Source: Convolutriloba macropyga
Taxonomy: Eukaryota
Direction: 5' to 3'
Length of the DNA: 64,000 nt
Assembly: GCF_964194025.1 (NCBI RefSeq)
Contig: NC_134470.1
Span: forward strand, 18,476,001 to 18,540,000
Shown: positions 51,401-64,000 of the stretch, piece by piece
Numbering within the stretch: position 1 is the stretch's first letter
Layout of the letters: the number at the start of each line of letters is the position of its first letter
Position numbers and translations under genes: made by a program
The notes under the pieces: generated by a model
Database searches by the model: none
The model's input: only the letters and a program-made list of their open reading frames with translations
Told to the model about the DNA's origin: nothing

Positions 51401-53609
51401 GTGTTAAAATTGATATAGTTTTTAGCAACTAAAAAAAACAAATTTAAAAGGGATCAGTGATTGTGTTTACGCGGATTTTGATATTATCTAATCAGTTACA
51501 TCACAGACAAAGCTTATTTACAACTGTGCATAAGAACATGCACATGAAACAATAACTTTGTTATACTGCTTGATGCCCTCATAAGAAGAGTAATATCAGT
51601 CTAAATAAACTCAACAAGCAACCATCCAGTTTTGTATCAAAACAAAAGGAACCATCGTACGCAAAATTTAACTTGAATGATTTGAATTTCCAAATAAACA
51701 TGAATGTATTAACTACTGCAGCCTTTTCCTCCTTGAAGACAAAGTTAAAGCTATCGTAAAATTGCTTCGCAGCAATTTGATGTAATTAAATATCGAAATA
51801 AGCGATTTCGTTATATCTATGCAGCCAAAACAGAAGGGACACAGGGCCTGGCCAAGACGATGTATCTCATTTTCAGAACTATGTCCCATAACGCACTATT
51901 TGGAGAAAGCCATTTTCTTTGCAGGAACAAAGTCGAAATTCTGTCATTATTCCATTACTGAAATGCGATCATTGTTGAATTTGGTTTCTTGGGTGATCTC
52001 GAATATCTATGATATCTCAAGTTATTTTTTGATGACTTTGTTTCAAAGTTGTGACGTGCGATCAAATGCCGCAACATGTTTCTAGTAAATCTAATTAGGC
52101 AAAAAAATGCCAATAAGTTTAAAATTTTCCATGTTTTCGCGCAAACTATTTTTGGGAGATACAACTCATTTAAAAGTCTCTCCCAGGCTATGGAGAAAAA
52201 ACAATTTTTGGATTAAGTGCCTCGGGGTAAACTGGAAAAAGTTCAACTAAGTTTTGAAGGTTTTAAACGATACTCATGTTCTTTTCCGAAATAGACCACT
52301 ACAAAAAAAAACAAAAGATGTTTGTGTTACTTGTTCCAAAGGTACCAGCAAAAAAGAAAAGTTCTGATTTTATCATAATTGACGCAAAATTGTGTGAAAC
52401 GAGTCAGGTTGGTTGGATGCAATTTTTTAAATGGCAGTCAACAGAAGTTCGAATACTTAATAAAACAACGGTCATGCAAATTCGAATACGCCGCTAGGCA
52501 ATCCTAAACGCTACTTGAACTGGGTTACTTTAACCTCAATTTTCTAAATGGAGTTAAAAAAATCAATTTGAAAAGAATCGTTACAATCTCAGGTCAAAAA
52601 TATTGTGACGCACATCAACCCAAAAAATTAGCACGGAGCTCAAAAATAAACATTGATTACAATTTGACTGGAAAAATAATGTTTTATTGAAATCATTTAG
52701 CGTCCCGTGTGAAAATTGATATAAAAATGCAAAGCAAACGCAAGCAAATATAAAATGCAAAGATAGATTATAAAGAAATAATGCAAAGAAAATGCGAAGA
52801 CAAAATCTTTGATAAGAAGCAGTAAAATGCAATTGAGTTTGTTATAACCTTGTTTTCCCCCGGGGCACAACATCTATGAGTACAAATGAGATTTCTACGG
52901 AAGTGAGTCAAATTCAATGACAAAAAAGGTCTAAAGGATAGTTGCTTTATATTAACTCTGATTACTTTGAGAGACACCAGGCAAAAAACATTGAACTCGG
53001 AATTTTGTTTGTCTGTGTAAAACCTGTCATGTCAAGCTGATTCTATGAATTCCGTGGTTGAAAAACTAGTGGAAACCTACCAAAAATTTAAGGTAAAAAC
53101 GTTGAAACANNNNNNNNNNNNNNNNNNNNNNNNNNNNNNNNNNNNNNNNNNNNNNNNNNNNNNNNNNNNNNNNNNNNNNNNNNNNNNNNNNNNNNNNNNN
53201 NNNNNNNNNNNNNNNNNNNNNNNNNNNNNNNNNNNNNNNNNNNNNNNNNNNNNNNNNNNNNNNNNNNNNNNNNNNNNNNNNNNNNNNNNNNNNNNNNNNN
53301 NNNNNNNNNNNNNNNNNNNNNNNNNNNNNNNNNNNNNNNNNNNNNNNNNNNNNNNNNNNNNNNNNNNNNNNNNNNNNNNNNNNNNNNNNNNNNNNNNNNN
53401 NNTAATAATTTAAATAAATTTAATAAATACAAACAGTCTAACGTTGTCAAAATGTCTACACAAAGTCCTGATTCATCAATTGAAAGCTGGGATTTTTCCC
53501 ATTTGTGAACCCATTAGTGGGAGTCTTTGATTGGAGTCTCCAACGCATGTGCTATATTTTGACCTAGCCGTTTACTAAGCATTTGTTCCCTAAAATCCTC
53601 ACATTCTGT

Positions 53610-54710
53610 TTTAAGAGGGTGGGGTTAATTTTTTCAGAGGGGGTGAAATTATGTAAGAGATGGGCTGCATTCGGAGGATTTTTAAGGAATTACCCCCTGA
53701 CTAAATTTGCCATGTAAGAGTGGGCTGCAATGGGCTGCAGTGGGAGGATTTTTGAGGAATTACCCCCCTCCCTGATAAAATTGCCATCTAAGAGTGGGCT
53801 GCAGTGGGCTGCAAGGGGGTAAATTGAATTAAGAGTTAGGCTGCCAAGAGGGTAAAATGGTGTAAGAGTGAGGTGGTAATTTGTTCAGAAGGGGTAAAAT
53901 GATCTAAAAGTTGGGCTGCCAAGCGGGTAAAATGGTGATGGTGTAAGAGTGAGGTAGTAATTTATTGAGAGAGGGTAAAATGATCTAAGAGTTGGGCTGG
54001 AAAGGGGGTAAAATGGGGTAAGAGTGAGGGGATACCTTATTCAGAGGTGGTAAAATGAGCTAAGAGTTGGGCTGCCAAGTGGGATATAAAGGTGTAAGAG
54101 TGAGGGCTTAATTTGTTCAGAGGAAATAAATTGATCTAAGAATTGTGCTGCCAAGGGGGTAAAATGGTGTAAGAGTAGGGGGGTAATATGCTGAGTTGGG
54201 GCAACTCTAACAAGTATTAATGATATATACGGACCACCAAGAGTTGAAAAAGCATTGGTGGTCTGGAGTTTAAGGAGAACCAGCTGAGGGTAACTGAGAG
54301 GTTGTGGGTTCAAGACTGACAGTATTCAAAAATGGGGGCTAAAACAATGTAAGAGTGAGGGTGTAAAATGATGTAAGAGTTGAGCTGCCAAGGGGGGTAA
54401 AATACAAATTAACCCCCCACATCTTTTTGATCTGTCAAGGGGGGTAAAACGATGTGAGAGTTCGGAACAATTTCTTCATTACCCCCGAACTCTTATATCA
54501 AATTACCCAAATTGACAGAACAAAAAATTGTAGGAGTGGGGTGTTAATTTGTTTTTTACCCCCTCACTCTTTCATCATTTTACCCCCGTTGGCAGACAAT
54601 GCAGCCCAAAACAACGTAAGGTTTTTGAGCTGCAATTTTTCTTCAAAAAATCCTCCCTCAGCAGCCCCACTCTTACATCATCTTAAGCAGAAAAACTCAA
54701 CCCGTGGGAG
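53610..54710. mobile_element. Foldback-type element built from ~60-70 bp degenerate tandem units
   Basis: aagagttgggctgccaagggggtaaaatggtgtaagagtgagg repeats on the + strand in 53650-54460 and recurs reverse-complemented in 54470-54710. Confidence 0.65.
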
Positions 54711-55070
54711 GATGATGTACGTAGAGGCGTTTCGAAAACTTTGACAAACAAAGAATTAGGTAACCACGTCAGTTTCTATTTTAATTTAATTTTTAATTTA
54801 TAATGACTAATAAGTTGCAGTTGGGTATCTATCCAATTCTACCCACGGGAGAGTTCACCACAAATGGAACTACAAAATAAATGCTCAATTTGCAAAAAAA
54901 ACATTTAGCTGAAAATAGGCTTGTGTTTTTGTTGTCAGTGTTTTGAAAAAAAAACCAGTTAAAAATTATGATTATCTTCAAGAGAGGCCTTCTAATTGAG
55001 CCGCGCAACAGATAAAAACAAAAGTTCGAAGTAACAGCTCAAGATTCATAATTGCATCCTCTACTGTCTT

Positions 55071-55072
<2 letters not shown>

Positions 55073-55155
<83 letters not shown>
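55073..55155. repeat. (TA)n microsatellite
   Basis: Uninterrupted AT dinucleotide run. Confidence 0.99.
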
Positions 55156-55159
<4 letters not shown>

Positions 55160-55229
55160 CTCTGGAAACTTTCGTGCACTCCTTTCTAGCTCTCTTTTTT
55201 GCAGATGCCCTAATAATAAGATTGATGGC

Positions 55230-58200
55230 CCAGAAGGGTACTGAGCAACTTACTTTAAGACCCGAAAAATTTGCATACATGGAGCTTAAAAAAAATTCTG
55301 AATTCAAATACAAACGTGATCGTTAGCAAACACACTGCCACAAAAGTGAACAAAATATAACATTCTAGCTAGGTTTAGAAGCTATTGAAATAAAAAAAAC
55401 AGCAAGAGATGCTGATTTGTATTTACAGGCTCATTTGATGGGTCCAAATATGCAAAATGACCAGTTGGAAAGACTATTGAAACCCAATTCTTGTTTAGAG
55501 TTTACACGCATCATTGCTAGTCAACACCAGCAGCAGAGTGAGTCTCGTTTGAGCAAAGGAAGCTCATGAGAATCGTGATAGAAAGTGTTGGATCAACACG
55601 CAGTCGAGAAACAACGGCAGAATGAGCAAAATTATTGTCTCAACGGTCACTATCTACAGACTATGTTGTCGATCTTCTCAAGATTGACACACAAGATATA
55701 GGCGAAAAAAGTTTCAGCTGGTATTCGGAAACTGCCCCTCTATTTCAACCTATTATAGGACATTTTCGGCACCATTGAATGAACCGAGCATTCTGTAGAA
55801 GCCAGAAATCAATAAAGCAATTAAAGTGTCTGACCCCCAAAAAGCAGTTGCAAAGCAACTCCACAATTTATATATCAACCAGTAATGATCAGTGGCTTCG
55901 GGAGATTAACAAAACACAAGTTAACTGAATTTTTAGGAGATCCACTAGAGTGATTGGAGTGGTTTGAGTTTTTTGATAGCACAGCTCATCAAAAGCAGCT
56001 AAGCAATACCGAAAAGATGCAATGCCTGAAAACCGGTCTCAACGCTCAATTCTTGAAGATTACACGCACCATCCAGTGAGGCACGACGATTCTAGCTACA
56101 TCGTCAAATTTGAAGACTTGGAAATAAATGGGGTTGATAATTTAAGTCAACAGGGATACATATACGATCTGTAATCAAAAGAGATTTTAGTTCTACAATC
56201 AGAAAAGTTTCCTACTAAATGAAGGAACCGTGGATGCAGTTTCATTAAGATTGCACCTCGACTACGTCCTGCAAACCTGATTATTTTTGTAGCTTGCCGC
56301 CAGAGCGCGACAAGCCGCGGTAATTCAAAAACAAAAAATTTTCGAAGCCACGAACAGCCAAAAACAAATGAACTGCGTCAAATACTGTCGAATCAGAGCA
56401 AAACCAAAGAATTTAATTTGTCCATTTGAAAATGGACCGCTAGCTGTCTAGGTTAGCGAAAAATTTCATTCATTGAGGCTAAATGAACGACTAGAATATG
56501 TGCAAATTTTAATTCGTGTTAAAATTGTCTAAGACCTGCTCATCGCTCAAAGGATTGCAAAAGCGGAACTTGCAGTGTGCCCAGTTGCAGCAGACGAAAA
56601 AACAGACTTTTAAGCAGCGACTTCCCGAAAAGTGAAGCTACAACAAAAGTATCAAATGCTACCACTGCAGGATCAGCAAACGTCACAGAAGGAGGACTTC
56701 GAGTGGTTCGGATTAGGCTGACAAACGGAGACTTATAGAACAATCAATAATAAATAATAGTCACCTTAAATGTTGGAAAACGTCTTTGTCAGTAGCAGAA
56801 ACTCACGGATCGCAAGACGTAAGGAAGGAAATATTGTCAAAAACTGTGCCAGCCAAAACCAGTCAGAACCATTGACAACAGTACAACTTCATTTGCACAA
56901 GAAACTGAAACTGGGAGATCAGATTGTAGATCTGCAACAACTGAAAGACCGCTACCCACATTTGAGGAACTTGCCGCATCAGAGCTATAATTTAAACGAA
57001 GTTCGTGTCATCCTTGGAAAAGACAGCTATTACATACATCACCTCCTGGAGATCGAAAAATCAGAAGAGAGAATTGCACCGCGGGCAATGAGATCAGAAT
57101 TTCGCTGGGCAAATTGTTCCATTTTGAGCGAATTTTAGGCAGAATCCCTAGCAAAAACAGCCATTTCAGTTGCAGATTACAAATTAGCGAGTCAATTTAG
57201 TAAATGGTGAGCTGTCGATCCAGCGAATCAAATTGCATTGTCACTGGTCATTTGGAAGACGGACAGTAGGCAATCAGAATTATGGAGCAGAAAACATATT
57301 TGAACTAGTGAAAGATACTAAGTTGGAGCTCTGTGGCAAGAAGATGACGCGAAGTTGCCGAACAATTTCTTCTCTGCTCTGGGACAAGTCAAATCTCTAG
57401 AGCAATGACTACAGTAAGACAAGACTCTAAAAAGGCGCTATCAGGAAACTGTTGGCACAAAAGTGAAAACAGGATATGTTCAAAAAGATAATCAAACTGA
57501 ACTGAATCAAAACTAAAGATAAAGTGCAATTGTTTTTTTCAGGTCATCCTGTCATCAACCACATAAGCTTGAGAAAGTAAGGAGAGTAGGCAACGCTGCA
57601 GCGAAATATCAAAGTTTGCTCCTCAAAGACAAGCTGTCATCTGGACCAGACCTGCCTCAGAGACTTATTGGAACTATTTGGTGCTTCCGAGAACACGAAA
57701 TCAGCCTACAGCCTTATCATACAACATAGAAGCGATGACAACCGCTGTTTAAAAGGCTGTCCCAAGCGAAGACAACCGATGTTTACAATTTCTCTGTCGA
57801 GAGAATTCAGAACAGAGGATAAACTTTATGAGAGAATACGACACGTTTTTGGGGCGAAGAGCTTGCCACCTTGTGAAAACTATAATTTGCATCAAGTGTG
57901 GGAAGATAACGCAAGCACCGACGAAAACTTCTTCCCAAAAGTCCAGCAAAGCTGTTATATAGAATATGTTCTCGGGTCATTCAAAAGACCTCAAAAAACA
58001 GTCGAGATTTGCCAGAGAGCATGGGACATCTTCAGAAAATTTTGATTTTTTTGACGAAATGAATTGCAAGTGAAGAGGAAGTCAAGTCTTAAATCCCAGA
58101 AGGAGACAGACCAACAAATGCTCCAAGAACTTTCAAATTTGAAATTCAATCCCCAATTCTTGGATAATACTGAAATGTGAATACAGACTGTCTCATAGTC

Positions 58201-60540
58201 TGTGGTATAACCAAGCAAAAGATTCCCGCAAGAATAACTCAGAGAATTGTCTTATCCTTTGTCTCTGCAGTGTTCGACGCACTTGGGATATGTTAACCCT
58301 TCAAGGTACGGATGCTGTTACTGCTTGAAAACAATTGGGGTGACTATGAGGCAAGCCTGGGACAAAAAATTGTCTTTCGAACACTCAAAACAAGAAAAGT
58401 CAGTACTTGGTGCTCTGAGTTGAGAGAAATTAGGTTATTGTGAATAAATACATGTTTTTCGAAGTTGTGACTTGATAATTTACATTTTTACAGACTTCTC
58501 GGAAAAAGCATTGTGCAGAGTGACCTTGCAAAATTAGGGGTCGTTGAGTCTGCAAAACCAAGCGTTGCTGAAATTGACCTATTAAATAGGGAAATACTGT
58601 TTAGCTCTTATCAGGCAAATGAAGTTCGAACTTAGAACCTTAAGCCGTAATATACGACGTTAGGCTCAGGGGGCTGACATTGAGTGAGCAAGATATTAAA
58701 ATTAACAAAATCTATCATAGGACAGATTTATCTACGGATATGCAATGTCTATAATCAGAACACAAGAAACATAAATTGGTCTTTTTTTTGCAAACAGAAT
58801 AGCAGAAATTCTCGACAACTATTCAATGAATTAATGGAGACATGTTAAAGGCATCAAAAACCCTGCAGAAAATGGCACAAGAGAGTTTTGCAATGAAAGA
58901 CTAAAAAAGTCCGTGCGGATGAACTGACCGGCAAGGCTCCAGAAGGATGCAGAAAGTTGGCCAGAGCAGTGGAAACATGTGAACAAAGTTGAAGCTGAGC
59001 ATGCTACAAGTAATGTAGCAATAGAAACTAAATTGGAGCAACCATTTGAGTGCAGACAACATGAGAGCATCAACTGAATTAGAAATTTCATTGCCTGCTG
59101 GTTGAGGTTCAAGACAAAACAGAAGAGATCTATCGAAGCAGACGAGATTCGAGAAGCCGAACAAATGTTGTTGTTATTGCTTCAAACAGAAAGCTTTCCA
59201 GATGATTCAAAGTCTACAACAAGCAGTAAGTTATTCTCGCAAACATTGAAAGTTGCCAAATTTTTACTATTTTTGTACGAATATGGGATCATTTGAGTGA
59301 AAGGTTGACTGAAGATTCAAATTTCGATTACAACCTGAAGCTTCCAAAAATACTGACAGCAAAACATCTAGTCGTACAACTTCTGATGGAGAGAGCACAC
59401 CGGGATAACCCACAAAAGAGCACGGAATAAGTAAAAAGCATGCTCCAACAAGAGTCTGGATCATCGGTTTAAGAAAAAGTTAAAAAATCAAGTGAAGTTG
59501 GGACATCAAAGCGCCCACCCAATTCAACCACAGATAGCAGACTTACGACAAAAGCGAGTTGATGATCACCTCGTTCACCCATACCGAAGTTGATTGCTTC
59601 GCACCAATGACGTCAAGTTCGTAAAACAATCATTGAAGAGTTTTTGTTGCATTATCACTTGTCTTACAATACAAGCAGTACACAATGAGGTTGCGCAGTC
59701 ATTAGACACCGAGTAAAGTTTAGCTGCAATAACAATATTGATCCCACGACGTGGCTATCCGAGTGCCATCCTCAGCGACAAAAGCACCAACTTTGTTGTT
59801 GCATCCAGGGAACTGAGGGCATTTATGAATGAATGGGACAAAGCGACTTTCGAAATCGTTAACATAGAAAATATCGTTTGGAATTTAACCCTTGCTGAGC
59901 ACCACACTTTGAAGGAATCCGGCAAATACTAGTTTAAATTTATTTGTACAAAAGTCATGATTGCTATCTTGGGCAATCGAAGCTTTGCCGAGGAGGAACT
60001 CAGTACAACAGTCTATCTTGTAGAGCAAACTCTCAACGCAAGACACCAGAGAGCAGTAAGTGACGATCCTGAAGACTTGACAGCACTCACACCTAACCAT
60101 TTCCTGTTAGAACAAGAAATGATAGTGCACCTTTTATGATATTCAGTGAGCACTACCATTACTTGCCAAAAGCTGTCAAAACTGCTCAAGCATATGTCAA
60201 TATGATACGGAAAATATGGATTCGTGAACATCTTCCATAATGGAAGCAGAAGTCGAAGTGGTCAAAAAATTATGTGCGAAAACCAAAAAAAGAAGAAATT
60301 ATCTGGATGTTAGAGGATTTAGTGAAACGATTTGAATACAAAGGCATCGATGGTGTTGTGCCAACTGCGCGAGTCAAAATGACACATGAAGAGCTGTACA
60401 GACCGGTAGTGTTTTAGCCCCAATATTGGTCGATGGCGTTTTCGAGGTCAAAAAAGGGCCAACAATGTTGGTGATACTTTTGAAGAGAGGAATGAGCTAT
60501 AAGTCCGACAGAAAACAAATTAGAACGCTAAAACTTAGAG
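55230..60540 (+). mobile_element. Heavily decayed BEL/Pao LTR retrotransposon
   Basis: Gag Zn knuckles CLRPAHRSKDC..CSVPSC (~56525-56610). RT motifs KVRRVGNAAAKY..SGPDL and RHVFGAKS. RNase H LHIFTD. Integrase RRGYPSAILSDKSTNF and ALTPNHFLL. The order is RT-RH-IN. A probable 3' LTR starts at tgttgg 60466; no paired 5' LTR was found. Confidence 0.88.
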
Positions 60541-60965
60541 TTTTGTCAGCACCCAATAAGGATAAAAACTGAGCAATTCTCCAATTTGTGACCAAAAATT
60601 TGTACTCCCCACAAATTTTATAATAGAAAAATGTGAGCAAACCGAGATTATAGCACAATGTTGAGCTGAATTCTATGGACACATTGAAATTTATTGCATC
60701 AAAACTACAAGTGTAGCTATTAGCACTCATATGTTGCACAAAATGCACTTTCACATCTTTTGTCGTTTTTTATTAATTTTTTTAATCGTTTCCTCTATGA
60801 TGCTTTAGGTATTTATTTATAGTCAAATTTCAAACGGATGAGCAATTTAGTGTTCTCTTCTTATCAGCATTGCTTATGTCAACAAATACGAATACTGCAG
60901 TAATATGATATTTACTATATGAATTTTGAGTTAAATCAAACAAAAAGTGACAATGATGTTCTGAA

Positions 60966-61012
<47 letters not shown>

Positions 61013-61031
61013 ATAGTAGTAGTAGTAGTAG
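60966..61031. repeat. (TAG)n microsatellite = LINE 3' tail
   Basis: Trinucleotide run directly at the 3' end of the minus-strand LINE. Confidence 0.95.
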
Positions 61032-63058
61032 CGAAGTCTTTAGGTATATACCATGGGTTTTCACCCTTTATGTCAATAGTGAGTAAGTTTGGAATGTTGG
61101 TTACAGTTTGTGCATTGACAGAGTTTCCTCCAGGTACATAGATTGGCTTCATTGAACGTTTCGAAGAATTTACAAAATTGCCGTGTTGTTAGTGCTTTTT
61201 TGTTTTTTTTTTCGTTGTTAAGTCGATATGTTTACTCAGAATGTTGTGCAGTGTTCCCCCTTCGTGTCCAGAAGTTATTGTCGGTCCTTTTGGGTATGGT
61301 TTTTGGAATGTTGAAGCTGGATTTGGTGCCTTGTCTGGTCTCTTCCTTGGTATTACGTGATATGTAGTCTGTTGTTTTTATGTCATACTTGTGGTCTGTG
61401 ATTGCGCCAAACAGTAGGAGACTGTGGAGTTCGAAGTAAATTGAGAGTGGCAATAAGTTGAGTTCTTTGAGTCTTTCTTTATTGGGAATTGTGTTGTTTA
61501 GAATACACTGTGTTGTACTTTTCTGTATTCTGTCGATGTTTGACAAGTCTGTTTTGGTGGGGTACCAGACCTCACATGCGTACGATATGACGGGTGCCAC
61601 GTATCCTGTGTATGCGTTTAGTTTGGCTTTAGTCGTTGATTTGAAGGAAATGTTACGCTTGAGGAACCACAATGATTTCAGAAAATTAGTTCGACGCAAG
61701 TTACAGTTTTCTTTCCAGGAGAGGTCGTTCGAGATTAGGACACCAAGGTCTTTTTGAACTTTAACAGGTTTGACAGCGACTTCGTTCATTTTGACAACTG
61801 ATTGTTTTTTTTAATTGTATCAGACTACATTTGTCATCATGGAGATTCATTTTTTTTGCGACACACCAGTTATGTAAACTTATTAGGTCACTTTCTAGGA
61901 GTTCATGAGATGTGCCTGACAGTTTGTAGTCATCGGCATATCCGAAGCATTTACTTTCACTTGCAACAGTGGGAGGTCATTTATGTAGATCAAAAAGAGT
62001 AGAGGACCCAGTAGGGACCCTTGTGGGACCCCGCTAGTGACATCACGGAATTTAGATCTTGAGTTGTTTATTTTCACGCATTGTTTTCTATTGTCTAAAT
62101 AATTGGCAATTAGTTTTAGGGCTGTTCCACCTATTCCCATTTTTTGGATTTTCTAAAGCAGGAGATCGTGAGGATTCTTTTCGAAGGCTTTTTCGAAATC
62201 TAAGTAGAAAACCGTTTGTTCATCAATTACCGACAACTCGTTGAGCAGGTATACTTTATCGAGGAAGCAGAGAAGTTGTAAAATGCCTGAGCGACCGCTT
62301 CTAAATCAAAATTGGGAGTCGTGAAGTTTTTGCCTTACTACTGGGTACAACCAGTCAAAGATGACTTTTTCTCGGACTTTCGGCGGGCAACAGAGGCAGT
62401 TAATGGGTCTGTATTTGGTTACGTCGCTTTCATCACCTTCTTTGTAGATTGGAGTTATTTCGCTTTCTTTCCAGTATTGTGGGTATACACATTTGTTGAA
62501 GCAGGTTTGAAAGATGACAGTTAATGATTTAGCCAGTGTGGTTGCAAGTTGTTTTAGGGTCTCGTTTCCTATTGGATCCGGTCCTAACTTTGTTTTGAAA
62601 ATGCATTTTATGTGGGTACGGTGGCGCTTTCTTAATGGATCTCAGATAGGCCTGGATCTTACTGAATTCCCTTGTTCTGAAAATCTCGTTTTCGTAGTCG
62701 GCTTGGTCGTTACAGAATTCGATTTCAATTTTGCTTTCAAGATCAAAAATCTTCTGCATGTTTAGGGTTTGGGCTTTTCTAGCTTCTTTGCGTTTGTGTG
62801 TGTTAAGTTGGTTGATCAGGTGGGAGGTAGGTTTCGAGATCCATTGAGGGAGGTAAGATCGGTGGCTAGTAATTCTTGGTACGTTTTCGGTAAACAGTTA
62901 GTTGTACCATAGGTACCATTGATTGGTGACTTCGTCTACATTGCTGTAACAGTAAGGTTCGAAGGGATTATCGACGATTGTTTGATTGAAATTCGCCAGT
63001 TAAACCGAAAGATTGCAGATTTGACAATTTTATGGTGTTTCTCCGTTGCATTTTTGAA
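60966..63058 (-). mobile_element. 5'-truncated CR1-like LINE with long (cta)n tail; 3' end repeated at 63667-64000
   Basis: Motifs [17 protein letters not shown] and QKDLGVLISNDLSW, with C-terminal CTWRKLCQCTNC. The (tag)n run 60966-61031 sits directly 3' of the element. Confidence 0.88.
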
Positions 63059-64000
63059 AGTTTTGTCAGCACTCAATAAGGATAAAAACTGAGCAATTCT
63101 CCAATTTGTGACCAAAAATTTGTACTCTCTACAAATTTTATAATAGAAAACTGTGAGGAAACCGAGATTATAGCACAATGTTGAGTTGAATTCTATAGAC
63201 CCATTGAAATTTATTGCATCAAAACTACAAGTTTAGCTATTAGCACTCATATGTTGCACAAAATGCACTTTCACATCTTTTGTCGTTTTTTATTAATTTT
63301 TTAAATAGTTTCCTCTATGATGCTTTAGGTATTTATTTATAGTCAAATTTCAAACGGATGAGCAATTTAGAGTTCTGTTCTTATCAGCATTGCATATGTC
63401 AACAAATACGAATATTGCAGTAATATGCTATTTACTATATGAATTTTGAGTTAAATCAAACAAAAAGTGACNNNNNNNNNNNNNNNNNNNNNNNNNNNNN
63501 NNNNNNNNNNNNNNNNNNNNNNNNNNNNNNNNNNNNNNNNNNNNNNNNNNNNNNNNNNNNNNNNNNNNNNNNNNNNNNNNNNNNNNNNNNNNNNNNNNNN
63601 NNNNNNNNNNNNNNNNNNNNNNNNNNNNNNNNNNNNNNNNNNNNNNNNNNNNNNNNNNNNNNNNNNATACCACGGGTTTTCATCCTTTATGTCAATAGTG
63701 AGTAAGTTTGGAATGTTGGCTACAGTTCGTGCATTGGCAGAGTATCCTCCAGGTACATAGATTGGCTTCATTGAACGTTTTGAAGAATTTACAAAATTGC
63801 CGTGTTGTTAGTGCTTTTTTGTTTTCTTTCGTTGTTAAGTCGATATGTTTACTCAGAATGTTGTGCAGTGTTCCCCTTCGTGTCCAGAAGTTATCGACGG
63901 TCCTTTGGGTATGGTTTTTGGAATGTTGAAGCTGGATTTGGAGCCTTGTCTGGTTTCTTCGTTGGTATTACGTGATATGTAGTCTGATGTTTTTATGTCA

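Larger units (their letters stand above)
60539..64000. repeat. Tandem duplication, unit ~2520 bp (60539-63058, second copy from 63059 running off the window)
   Basis: ttttgtcagcac(c/t)caataaggat recurs at 60541 and 63061. Flank and LINE 3' end are both repeated with scattered substitutions. Confidence 0.92.

Noticed and set aside
51640-52164. Possible upstream DHX33 coding exon
   Set aside because: Unique-looking sequence, but I found no phase-compatible open exon with convincing splice sites.
52217-52868. Inverted pair gtgcctcgggg / ccccggggcac
   Set aside because: Only 11 bp and no definable termini or TSD.
53045-53450. ORFs with long X runs (also 63428-63771)
   Set aside because: Artefacts of N gaps.
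54978-55313. 111-aa ORF with IY repeats (also poly-T ORF 60931-61152)
   Set aside because: Translations of microsatellites.

Overview
AT-rich, transposon-dense eukaryotic (metazoan-type) genomic DNA with two assembly gaps (53110-53402, 63472-63666). Two host genes lie on the minus strand. One is a four-coding-exon DEAH-box RNA helicase, DHX33 (41550->22328), whose introns are filled with retroelements. The other is an unrecognised Ser/Asn-rich gene (ATG 9310, running off the left edge) with two tandemly duplicated 180-nt exons. The rest is mobile DNA: four near-full-length decayed APE-RT LINEs of the CR1/L2 group; several fragments of a second CR1-like family with trinucleotide tails; CRE-like RLE retrotransposons, including a recent 2661-bp tandem duplication; a decayed Penelope-like element with hammerhead-like motifs; a decayed BEL/Pao LTR element; a nested cluster of Helentron-associated (HINE/DINE-1-like) elements; Merlin-like MITEs with 8-bp TSDs; and a foldback element. 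The most unusual signal is that both CRE-like elements appear to carry an upstream SGNH-esterase ORF and an N-terminal PHD finger. That combination is known from CR1/L2-type ORF1s but, to my knowledge, not from RLE-clade elements. All family calls come from reading motifs by eye; no database search was run.
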